NCBI GenBank assembly: GCA_963752505.1
Contig: CAVVYM010000001.1
Coordinates: 87,411-151,410 of the forward strand
Length of the DNA: 64,000 bases
Source of the DNA: an uncultured Actinomycetes bacterium
GTDB taxonomy: Bacteria > Actinomycetota > Actinomycetes > S36-B12 > UBA10799
Reading direction: 5' to 3'
Shown: positions 10,549 to 18,666 of the stretch, piece after piece
Numbering within the stretch: position 1 is the first letter of the stretch
Layout: every line of letters begins with the position of its first letter
Notes under the pieces: generated by a model
What the model was told of the DNA's origin: nothing
The model's input: only the letters and a program-made list of their open reading frames with translations
The model's database searches: none
Made by a program: the position numbers and the translations under genes

Positions 10549-10882
10549 TGATCCTCCTTGGTAACTACCGGTCAATGCGTGCGCGTCGGTTGCACTGCCC
10601 ACATCGCCCCGGTGACCTGAATTTCCGCCGGAAGCGCCCGCGATTCACTCGCTACTCATGAGGCGCACTCCGAGCCCTGCGATTCCGCAGTTCTCATTCG
10701 GCGAAGGCCGTTGGTTCGTTGAAAAAGACCGTACCCAGACAAAATCCCTGGCCATGCTCCGCCCGAGTGACATGGGTCACGGAATTGACCAATCTTGGGT
10801 AAACTTCGGCACCGGCGGTTGGAACTCCTGCTCCGCGCGCCTCCTAGGGAATCGGGCGACTCGCGGCTAACGTGCAGAACTT

Positions 10883-12067
10883 ATGCGGACCAAGCCCAGC
10901 ACCAAGCGCCGAAAAGCACCCGCGTTCGGAGTTGCCCTGTGTGTCGCGACCGTGTCGGTTGGCCTCGTGGGAGTCGCTCCAGCCTTGGCCGATGCCGACG
11001 ATATCGCGCAGGTAGAGCAGCGGGTGCAGGCCCTCGAGGAGCGCAGCGCCGAAGCCTCGAATCGCGCCGTGACCGCCCGCTACGAGTTGGCGGATGTGCA
11101 GGTGAAACTCGACGAATTGACCCAGAAGCTGACCGAAGCTCGCGAGAACCTCGCCGCGGAGCAGGACGCGATGGCCGGCCTCGCGCGCCAGATCTACGTC
11201 AACGGAGGCATGGACACCGCCACCGCAGGATTCGCACTCGAGGATCCAGATGCCTTCATCGACAGCCTTGAGCGAGTGGCGGCCGCAGGGGCCAACCAGA
11301 GCACAGCAGTGGGACGCGCGACCGCGGCGGCAGAAGCAGTCGCCGCCGCAGAGGCGGCCGTCGCCGCCGAGCGCGACGAGAAGGCACGCGTGACAGCCGA
11401 ACTCGAGGAGGCCCGGGAAGCTGCGCGCGCAGCCTTGGCGGAGGCGCAATCCGAACTTGAGCGACTCAAGGAAGAGGAACGCAAACGCATCGCAGAAGCC
11501 ATCGCGGCCGCCCGGGAAGCCGCCCGCATCGCGGCCGAACAGGAGGCAGCTCGCGCTCGGGCCGAGGCTGAGGCTCGGGCGGCAGCGGAAGCGGCGGCGC
11601 GCGCCGCCGAGCAGGCACGGCAAGCTGGCATCGCCGCAGCTGTGGTTCAACAATGGCAGACGCAAGCGGCCCAATCCGATGCCGCAGCAGCAGCCGCTGC
11701 CCAGGCTGCCGCCGCCGCAGCCGCGGCCTCGCAGTACAGCGCAGCACCGCAGGCTGTCGCGCCGGCGGCGCCAGCGCCGAGTACCCAATCCAGCGGTGGT
11801 GCACCAGCCAATGTTTCGGCCTGGGCGGACAGCTCCTACTCACAAGCCATCAAGATGTGCGAATCCAGCGGCAACTACTCCATCAACACCGGCAACGGCT
11901 ACTACGGCGCCTGGCAATTCGACTATCCCTCCTGGCACGACAACGGTGGCGGGCAGTTCGCCGAGTTCCCGCATCAGGCGACAAAGGAACAGCAGGACTA
12001 CGTGGCATGGTCCTACTACCAGCGAGCTGGTTGGCGCCCGTGGGAGTGCGCCCTCAAGATCGGTTAA
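10883..12067 (+). CDS. Secreted coiled-coil protein with a C-terminal Rpf transglycosylase-like domain
   Basis: Signal peptide MRTKPSTKRRKAPAFGVALCVATVSVGLVGVAPALA, then a long Ala/Glu/Arg coiled-coil. C-terminus is CESSGNYSINTGNGYYGAWQFDYPSW...GWRPWEC. No obvious SD precedes the ATG. Confidence 0.8.
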   Translation: MRTKPSTKRRKAPAFGVALCVATVSVGLVGVAPALADADDIAQVEQRVQALEERSAEASNRAVTARYELADVQVKLDELTQKLTEARENLAAEQDAMAGLARQIYVNGGMDTATAGFALEDPDAFIDSLERVAAAGANQSTAVGRATAAAEAVAAAEAAVAAERDEKARVTAELEEAREAARAALAEAQSELERLKEEERKRIAEAIAAAREAARIAAEQEAARARAEAEARAAAEAAARAAEQARQAGIAAAVVQQWQTQAAQSDAAAAAAAQAAAAAAAASQYSAAPQAVAPAAPAPSTQSSGGAPANVSAWADSSYSQAIKMCESSGNYSINTGNGYYGAWQFDYPSWHDNGGGQFAEFPHQATKEQQDYVAWSYYQRAGWRPWECALKIG

Positions 12068-14301
12068 CCAGGTTGCTGACCCGAGACGACGACGGGTCCC
12101 GCCAGCGGCGCGAGATAGGTGGCGTAGATCGGAGCGACGTGTATCCCGTCGGTGTAGATGGGCAGGTCACCCAGCAGCGCCGGACACCGGCCGTCCACAC
12201 AGAACCATTGTTCGACGCTCTGATGTCGCACAGCCTGGATCCCAAGCGATTCGTTCACCTGCGTCGCCGCCTCCCCATTGAGGCGTGACACTGTCTGGGA
12301 CAGGGCCTGGATCTCTCGCGCGCAGTCGGTCGGCGTCGACCCCGCGGTCTTGCATTTCTTGATCGACTCGGATCCCTGCGGGCTATCGAGCAGCACTAGG
12401 CGGGAGGTGTGAGGCGAGAAGGCCTCCAGCGTGCGCACCATGCCTGCCCGCCATTCCTCTTCGGCGGCGGCTCCCGTGGCCCCGCTCATCAATAGCTCGG
12501 CCTGGCGCCAGAAACTCGTGACAATCGTCAACTCCGGTGCCAGCGACGCGACCCTCCGCACCGCTTCTGCCCGGAAGTCCTCGCAGTTCTGGTTCACGGG
12601 GGCAGCCGTGAAATGTTCGTGGATGGCCACGTCCGCAGCCGCGCACCCCACCAGGTAGTACACCTCGACGTAGTACCCCTCCGCCTCCATCGTCGGTCGC
12701 AGCACGGGGAACCATGCCGCGGCCTGTGAATCGCCGAGGATCACCGCCTTCTTGGGTGCGTCAGGCGATCCGAAGGAACACATGCGGGCCTCGCCGAAAG
12801 CCGTGGTGCAGTTGCCGGAATTGACATTGCGCGCCCAGTCGTCCCACTCGTCGCCGATTTGGAGCTCCGGCCATTCCGCCGCCTGCAGTGCGGCACGCAG
12901 GTGGGCCTCGTGGATACCTTGTGCGTCCGGAAAATCGATGATGAAGCCGTCGCCGGTACCCGCCGCTGGAGGGGGCTCGCGCAGCGCGTTGAGGTCCTCC
13001 TCCGCGATCTGATCCACGGGGGCACTGCTCGTGCTCAACCGCGTGTCGGCGTTGTGCCAGGTGAGCGTGACCAGCGACGCGATGAGCATCAAGGCCGCTC
13101 CTACGCTCGCTGCGTGCCGCATGTGCGTTCGCCAACTGCGCGATGCGGGGACGGTGGGTGCAGCTCGCCTGGAGAGCCACGACGAACGCCGCACCGGTTC
13201 CTCGATGAAGTGGAACGACGCTGCAGCCAACGCAAGAGTCACGGCGATGACGACCAGATACAGGCCGATCGATGGCGGTGCGAGCACAAACGCGAAGACG
13301 ATGACGGGGAGATGCCAGAGGTAGAACGAATACGACACCTTGCCGAGGTAGCCGGCGTAGCGATTCGTGAGGATTCGAATCGGCGGCGCCGTCCCTTCGG
13401 TTCCGGAGGCCAGCACCAGCGCGGTACCAGCCACCGGCAGGAGCGCCCACGGGCCGGGGAAGGCAGAGTCCGGTGTCAGCAGCAAGGCGCCGGCCGCGAT
13501 GAGCAGCACACCGAACCGGACCAACAGCCAGCGCAATCGGGCCCCGAGGGCGGCGAAGGCTGGCGCCGCAAATGCCAGCAGGGCGCCAGCCCCCAGTTCC
13601 CAGGCCCTCGTTGCGGTGGAGAAGTAGGCCGCAGTCGGCTCCTGCGCCGTGAGGTAGACCGCCCAACCGAACGACACTGCGGTCACCAGGCTCAACGCGG
13701 CGACCGGAACTGTTCGCGAATGCCGCGCCCAACGGGTGCCCGGGGCGGACCGTCGCAGGCGTCCTGCAAGCCACCAGAGCACGACGAGCGCGGCTGGCCA
13801 CACAAGATAGAACTGCTCCTCCACCGAAAGCGACCAGTACTGCTGGACAGCAGACATCGAATCCGCGGCATGGAAGTAGTCGGTTCCAACGCTGATGAGA
13901 CGCCAGTTCTCAAGGAATACGAAGGCCCAGAGCGCGTCGATCAGCGTTTCCTCGGCTTCGGACTGGAACAGCAGCAGGTAGGCGAGTGCGACGGTGACCA
14001 CCAAGACCAACGTGGCCATGGGGAAGATTCGCCGCATCCGGCGGGCGTAGAACTCTCGAAACGAGATGCGACCAGTGCCCTGCCGTTCCCGCAGCAAGAT
14101 CCCGGTGATGAGAAAGCCGGATACGACGAAGAAGACGTCTACGCCGATGAAACCCCCGCGGGGCCATCCCCAAAGGTGATTGGCGAAGACCAGCAGCACG
14201 GCGACCGCGCGCAACCCTTGGATGTCGGCCCGAAAGGTCCGCTTTGGCGCAGGCGTCTCCACCGGTGGCGCAACTTCGGTGCGAATATTGGTGTGACTCA
14301 A
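12064..14301 (-). CDS. Acyltransferase family 3 membrane protein with a C-terminal SGNH domain (OafA/OatA-like O-acetyltransferase)
   Basis: N-terminus RADIQGLRAVAVLLVFANHL...GFIGVDVFFVVSGFLITG, followed by multiple TM segments and an SGNH-like extracytoplasmic part (VILGDSQAA). I place the start at TTG 14301 after GAGGAGGAG rather than at the ORF-track 14448. Confidence 0.85.
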   Translation of the reverse strand: MSHTNIRTEVAPPVETPAPKRTFRADIQGLRAVAVLLVFANHLWGWPRGGFIGVDVFFVVSGFLITGILLRERQGTGRISFREFYARRMRRIFPMATLVLVVTVALAYLLLFQSEAEETLIDALWAFVFLENWRLISVGTDYFHAADSMSAVQQYWSLSVEEQFYLVWPAALVVLWWLAGRLRRSAPGTRWARHSRTVPVAALSLVTAVSFGWAVYLTAQEPTAAYFSTATRAWELGAGALLAFAAPAFAALGARLRWLLVRFGVLLIAAGALLLTPDSAFPGPWALLPVAGTALVLASGTEGTAPPIRILTNRYAGYLGKVSYSFYLWHLPVIVFAFVLAPPSIGLYLVVIAVTLALAAASFHFIEEPVRRSSWLSRRAAPTVPASRSWRTHMRHAASVGAALMLIASLVTLTWHNADTRLSTSSAPVDQIAEEDLNALREPPPAAGTGDGFIIDFPDAQGIHEAHLRAALQAAEWPELQIGDEWDDWARNVNSGNCTTAFGEARMCSFGSPDAPKKAVILGDSQAAAWFPVLRPTMEAEGYYVEVYYLVGCAAADVAIHEHFTAAPVNQNCEDFRAEAVRRVASLAPELTIVTSFWRQAELLMSGATGAAAEEEWRAGMVRTLEAFSPHTSRLVLLDSPQGSESIKKCKTAGSTPTDCAREIQALSQTVSRLNGEAATQVNESLGIQAVRHQSVEQWFCVDGRCPALLGDLPIYTDGIHVAPIYATYLAPLAGPVVVSGQQPG

Positions 14302-14456
14302 AGGCGCTTCTTCTCCTCCTCTGGCGCCAACTCCCCACAACGGTACGCCCCGGAACCCCGGCGATCCGCGCCGCACCGCCAACAGGTGCGGATGGCATAG
14401 CTTCGCAGGGAACCTTGCCGTGGCCGGTTCTTCCGACCACCTCTGCAACGACCGGG

Positions 14457-14709
14457 CTTCAATTCGTTGATGGTGTCGAATCCGTCGTGGCCCGGCATGG
14501 CCACGTCCAGCAGGATCAGGTCTGGGTTATCCCGTATCGCCAGCTCCAATCCTTCCGTCCCGGTGAGCGGACCGCCCAACGCCTATACCCGTCGGGATGC
14601 CAGTGAACACCTTGGTCAACACCGAATCATCGTCGATGATCACAATGCTCGGTCCGGAGGTGTCGTTCGCGACCTCGGTGCGCACTCTTGCATCGCACAG
14701 GGAACGCAA
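14457..14709 (-). pseudogene. Response-regulator receiver-domain remnant (frameshifted and 3'-truncated)
   Basis: PSIVIIDDDSVLTKVFTGI lies in ORF 14527..14709, and GLELAIRDNPDLILLDVAMPGHDGFDTINELK lies in the different-frame ORF 14298..14579. No output domain or rest of the receiver follows in any frame. Confidence 0.65.
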
Positions 14710-14826
14710 ATCGAGGTCGAACAGGCTGTTTCGAGGATCAACTTCGCGTCAATGGCCTTCCGGCTCAACAGTGGGTGCCGGGTTCCCGGTGTTGAAACTG
14801 TGAACGAGTCCAGGCGCGGAGCGTAG

Positions 14827-15063
14827 CTAGCTGATGATGACTTGGCGCTGCGCCCGCAGGGACATGACGAGGGCGATGATCCAGCCGACGATGGTCCAGC
14901 CCAGCAGCAGGTTGACCCAGAACACCGACCAGTGCGGCACGTCGCGCACAGCGGCGATCGCCCAGGGAAGCATGTAACCGGCGGTAAGGATCGCCACCAC
15001 GACGGCCACGATCTTGGTGGTGGTCCAGGAACGATCAGCGGATTCGACGCGAACTTGAGACAT
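14827..15063 (-). CDS. Small membrane protein, superinfection-immunity (Imm/PF14373-like) family
   Basis: 78 aa, two TM segments, with the family-like motif LPWAIAAVRDVPHWSVFWVNLLLGWTIVGWIIALVMS. Confidence 0.65.
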   Translation of the reverse strand: MSQVRVESADRSWTTTKIVAVVVAILTAGYMLPWAIAAVRDVPHWSVFWVNLLLGWTIVGWIIALVMSLRAQRQVIIS

Positions 15064-15140
15064 GACCCCAGTGTAAACGTCGGCGCGCGCGGAGGAAACT
15101 ATCGCTTGGGCCCAAACCCGCGGCGGGTAATATCAGGCGG

Positions 15141-16466
15141 GTGCCTCGACGACGCTTCGCGATACTCACCGCGCGTACCGGCGGCCTCGCAGTTGCGTGT
15201 GCCGCTGCTCTTGTGGTCACAGGTTGCACTGCGGCCGGCCCGGCTGCAACCGGCGCTCCCGGGACGCCGTCGGGCCAGCCGTTGGCCTCATCATCGGCAC
15301 CAGAAGCCACCGCACCCGCGTACGATCCCAGCGCACCGACCGGTTGGGGGCCGACGGTAGGCGAACTCGACGACGCCCGTGCATTGGTGGCCGACTGGAC
15401 TCCGGAGCAGTTGGCGGGCCAAGTGATGGTCGGGCGCTGGCGCGGCACCGATCCTGCCGAGGCTGCCGCCCTGGTGTCCGACCTCGGCCTCGCCGGGGTC
15501 CAGTTGACCGGTGCGAACATCGTCGACGAGGCCCAGGTGCGAGCCGTCAACGAGGCGGTGAGCGTCGCATTCGCCGCCTCCGGCCGCGACTTTCCCCCTG
15601 TGATCGGCGTGGATCAGGAGGGTGGGCTGGTCTCCCACCTGAGTGGGGTCACGACTGAACTGCCTGCATTTGCGGAAGCGGGACGGGCTGTGAGTACCGG
15701 TGGGGATGGCGCCCAGACTGTGCAGGAGGCGATGACGGCTGCCGCCCTAGAACTCCGGGGCCTGGGATTCACCTGGGTGTTCGCCCCGGTCGCAGACGTG
15801 ACGATCGGCAGCGCCGATCCGACCATCGGCAGTCGATCCCCGTCGACCGACCCCACCATCGCCGGCCTCACTGCTGTGGCCGCCATTCGTGGCTACAACG
15901 ACGCTGGCATCGCCTCCACCGTCAAGCACTTCCCCGGCCATGGTTCCGCCACCGAGGACAGCCATCAGACGCTGCCGGTGCTCAGCGGAAGCCTGGACGA
16001 ACTACGGGAACGGGACCTCCGCCCCTTCGAGGTCAGCATCGATGCTGGCGCCCCGGCGGTCATGGTCGGTCACCTCGACGTGACCACCCTCGCCCCCGGA
16101 GTTCCCACCAGCCTGGCGCCGCAGGCCTACGACCTGCTGCGCGGTGAGTACGGTTTCGAGGGCGTCGCCATTACCGACTCGCTGGGCATGGGCGGGGTGA
16201 TGGCGTGGGAGAGCCCATCAGTGACTGCCCTGCAGGCCGGAGCCGACCTCCTGCTGATGCCCGCCGATACACGGTTGGCCCACCAACAGGTGACCAATGC
16301 GATTGTCAGCGGTGAGGTCCCTCGTGCTCGGGCCGAGGAGGCTGCTGCCAGGGTCGTCGCGCTGCAACGCTGGCAACAGCGCACAGCGGCCGCGATTCCC
16401 GTGCCGACCGACGTGTCCGCACAGACGGCGGCGCGCGTCAACGAGATGCTGTCCGCCGGCTGGTAA
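15141..16466 (+). CDS. Glycoside hydrolase family 3 lipoprotein (beta-N-acetylhexosaminidase, NagZ/LpqI-like)
   Basis: Lipobox LVVTGC. Contains GH3 N-terminal domain motifs (GVDQEGG, KHFPGHG, ITDSLGMGG). Confidence 0.85.
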   Translation: MPRRRFAILTARTGGLAVACAAALVVTGCTAAGPAATGAPGTPSGQPLASSSAPEATAPAYDPSAPTGWGPTVGELDDARALVADWTPEQLAGQVMVGRWRGTDPAEAAALVSDLGLAGVQLTGANIVDEAQVRAVNEAVSVAFAASGRDFPPVIGVDQEGGLVSHLSGVTTELPAFAEAGRAVSTGGDGAQTVQEAMTAAALELRGLGFTWVFAPVADVTIGSADPTIGSRSPSTDPTIAGLTAVAAIRGYNDAGIASTVKHFPGHGSATEDSHQTLPVLSGSLDELRERDLRPFEVSIDAGAPAVMVGHLDVTTLAPGVPTSLAPQAYDLLRGEYGFEGVAITDSLGMGGVMAWESPSVTALQAGADLLLMPADTRLAHQQVTNAIVSGEVPRARAEEAAARVVALQRWQQRTAAAIPVPTDVSAQTAARVNEMLSAGW

Positions 16467-16603
16467 CCGCCTCCCTGCCAGCGCATCTGTGTCTCGCGAT
16501 GCCGGGTGCCCGGTAGGAGCCTCTGCGTCGCTCGAGTGATCGGTATGTGCCTTGCCCGCTATGTTGGGTCGGAACTGTCCCACAATTGAAGGAGGCGTTT
16601 CCC

Positions 16604-18448
16604 TTGGGCCCCCACGGCACCGGCCGAACGACCGGAAGGCAGGGAGCAGCAAGTTCATCGGAGTCCGGAGCTGATCCGACTGCCCGCGCGGGCGGGGTGT
16701 TGTCGTCGATCTCCAAACCTGTCTTCATTCCAGCATCAATCATCATCTTCGTCATGATCGCGATTGCCTCACTGGCCGCGAACGATAGCGAACGCTTCTT
16801 CGGATCGATCAACAGTTTCGTGACCGACACCATCGGGTGGTGGTACATCCTTATCGTCACGCTCTTCGTACTCTTCGCGTTCTATGTCGGGCTGAGTCGC
16901 ATCGGCAACATCAGGCTCGGCCAGGACGACGACAAGCCGGAATTCAGCTTGGGTGCGTGGTTCGCGATGCTGTTCAGCGCCGGTATGGGCATCGGACTGG
17001 TCTTCTGGGGCGTCGCCGAACCGCTCAACCACCTGCTCAGCCCGCCGAGCATCAAGGGCGAACAATCACAAGGCATCGAGGCCGCCGACCTGGCGATGGA
17101 CCTCACCTTCTTCCATTGGGGTCTGCACGCGTGGGCGATCTACGTCGTTGTCGGATTGGGCATGGCCTACATGACCCACCGCCGCGGACGACCCCTCTCG
17201 TTGCGCTGGCTGCTCGAGCCGCTTCTTGGCCGGGAACGCGTCGAAGGTCCGATCGGTCACGTGGTCGATGTTGTGGCCGTGGTGGGAACCCTGTTCGGCG
17301 TCGCAACGTCTCTCGGACTCGGGGTTCAGCAGATCCTCGCGGGTCTGGTGTCATTGGGTTGGGTCGAAAATCCGGGCAACATCTGGTTCCTGGCGATCAT
17401 CGGCGTTATCACCGTGATTGCGACCTTCTCCGTGGTTTCCGGCGTGCACAAGGGCCTCAAGTGGCTGTCGAATATCAACATGGGCTTGGCCGCCAGCCTG
17501 CTGCTCTTCGTGCTGATCAGCGGGCCGACCATGCTGCTGCTGAACGCGTGGATCCACAACCTCGGCAGCTACGTCGCCTCGCTCCCCGAGTTCATGCTGC
17601 GCACAGCCCCGCTCGACGGCGAGCTCGCTGGCGACACCTGGCTGAGTTCCTGGACCATCTTCTACTGGGGATGGTGGATGAGTTGGGCACCTTTCGTGGG
17701 CATGTTCATCGCCCGCATTTCGCGTGGTCGGACGATTCGCGAGTTCGTCTTCGGGGTGCTGGTGGCGCCAACGCTGGTCTCGGCACTGTGGTTCACCGTC
17801 TTCGGAGAGAGCGCGATCCTTCGGCAACTGCTCACCGGCGACATGGCGCCCGAAGGTGTCGTCGACACCAGCACGTCGCTGTTCATCCTGCTCGACGGAC
17901 TGCCGTGGTCGACGTTGACGTCCATCGTCGCCATCCTGGTCATTGCGCTGTTCTTCATCACCTCCTCGGATAGCGGCTCGCTCGTGATCGACACGTTGGC
18001 GAGCGGCGGCCGTACAGACACCCCCGCGGCCACCCGCGTCTACTGGGCGGTGCTCGAAGGAGCGGCGGCAGCGGTGCTCCTCATAGCTGGCGGTAGCGCG
18101 GCCCTGATTGCGCTGCAGACCGCTGCGATAGTCACGGCCGTGCCGGTCTCGATCGTGCTGGTGGTCACGGTGATCTCGCTGCTACGGGCCTTCCGCTATG
18201 AAGTGTCGACAGCGCCCAACTACCTGCGCATCGTGGGAAGTTCGGCAGATATCCCACTGGAGGCGGCGAACCCGGTCGAAGTGGACATCGAGGAATCCGA
18301 CTCGCAGATGGTGGTGGCCTTCCACCGCCTCAAGCCGAGCTCGGTCGAGGTCGATCCGGAGACCAACACCATCCACCTCGCGGCGGAGCCGTATGGCGAG
18401 GACCCTTTGGCGACCGACGACCAGGAGTTCGCAGCGCAATCCACCTAG
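16604..18448 (+). CDS. BCCT family (betaine/carnitine/choline) transporter
   Basis: Carries the BCCT signature WTIFYWGWWMSWAPFVGMFIARISRGRTIREF and 12 TM-like segments. I place the start at TTG 16604, 8 nt after GAAGGAGG. The exact start is uncertain. Confidence 0.88.
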   Translation: MGPHGTGRTTGRQGAASSSESGADPTARAGGVLSSISKPVFIPASIIIFVMIAIASLAANDSERFFGSINSFVTDTIGWWYILIVTLFVLFAFYVGLSRIGNIRLGQDDDKPEFSLGAWFAMLFSAGMGIGLVFWGVAEPLNHLLSPPSIKGEQSQGIEAADLAMDLTFFHWGLHAWAIYVVVGLGMAYMTHRRGRPLSLRWLLEPLLGRERVEGPIGHVVDVVAVVGTLFGVATSLGLGVQQILAGLVSLGWVENPGNIWFLAIIGVITVIATFSVVSGVHKGLKWLSNINMGLAASLLLFVLISGPTMLLLNAWIHNLGSYVASLPEFMLRTAPLDGELAGDTWLSSWTIFYWGWWMSWAPFVGMFIARISRGRTIREFVFGVLVAPTLVSALWFTVFGESAILRQLLTGDMAPEGVVDTSTSLFILLDGLPWSTLTSIVAILVIALFFITSSDSGSLVIDTLASGGRTDTPAATRVYWAVLEGAAAAVLLIAGGSAALIALQTAAIVTAVPVSIVLVVTVISLLRAFRYEVSTAPNYLRIVGSSADIPLEAANPVEVDIEESDSQMVVAFHRLKPSSVEVDPETNTIHLAAEPYGEDPLATDDQEFAAQST

Positions 18449-18483
18449 CGAACTCCCCCTCCGCCCCACTTCCGCGCCCTTTA

Positions 18484-18555
18484 CGCGAGCGCACAGGTTT
18501 GTCGCACTAGGCCTCGTGTTCGGCGCCCCTAGTGCGACAAACCTGTTCGCTCGCG
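18484..18555. repeat. REP-like palindrome, copy 2 (28-bp arms, one mismatch)
   Basis: CGCGAGCGCACAGGTTTGTCGCACTAGG (18484-18511) pairs with CCTAGTGCGACAAACCTGTTCGCTCGCG (18528-18555). It lies downstream of the BCCT stop codon. Confidence 0.85.
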
Positions 18556-18622
18556 AGCCCGATTGGGACCTGTGCACTCGCGAGCCCGGTCGGGACCTGT
18601 GCACTCGCGGGCCTGGTTGGGA
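18550..18622. repeat. 27-bp direct tandem repeat, about 2.7 units, abutting the palindrome
   Basis: CTCGCGAGCCCGATTGGGACCTGTGCA / CTCGCGAGCCCGGTCGGGACCTGTGCA / CTCGCGGGCCTGGTTGGGA. The first unit overlaps the right arm of the palindrome. Confidence 0.8.
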
Positions 18623-18666
18623 TGATGGTGGGCAGAAGTTTGCATCCGAGGTAAAGGAGAATCGCC

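Noticed and set aside
14709-15140. Prophage remnant around the Imm-family gene.
   Set aside because: No phage-like ORFs, repeats or att sites are adjacent. The neighbours are the response-regulator remnant and a GH3 lipoprotein.
18550-18622. Possible mini-CRISPR or iteron array.
   Set aside because: There are only about 2.7 contiguous 27-bp units without spacers. No cas or replication genes are nearby. Kept only as a tandem repeat.
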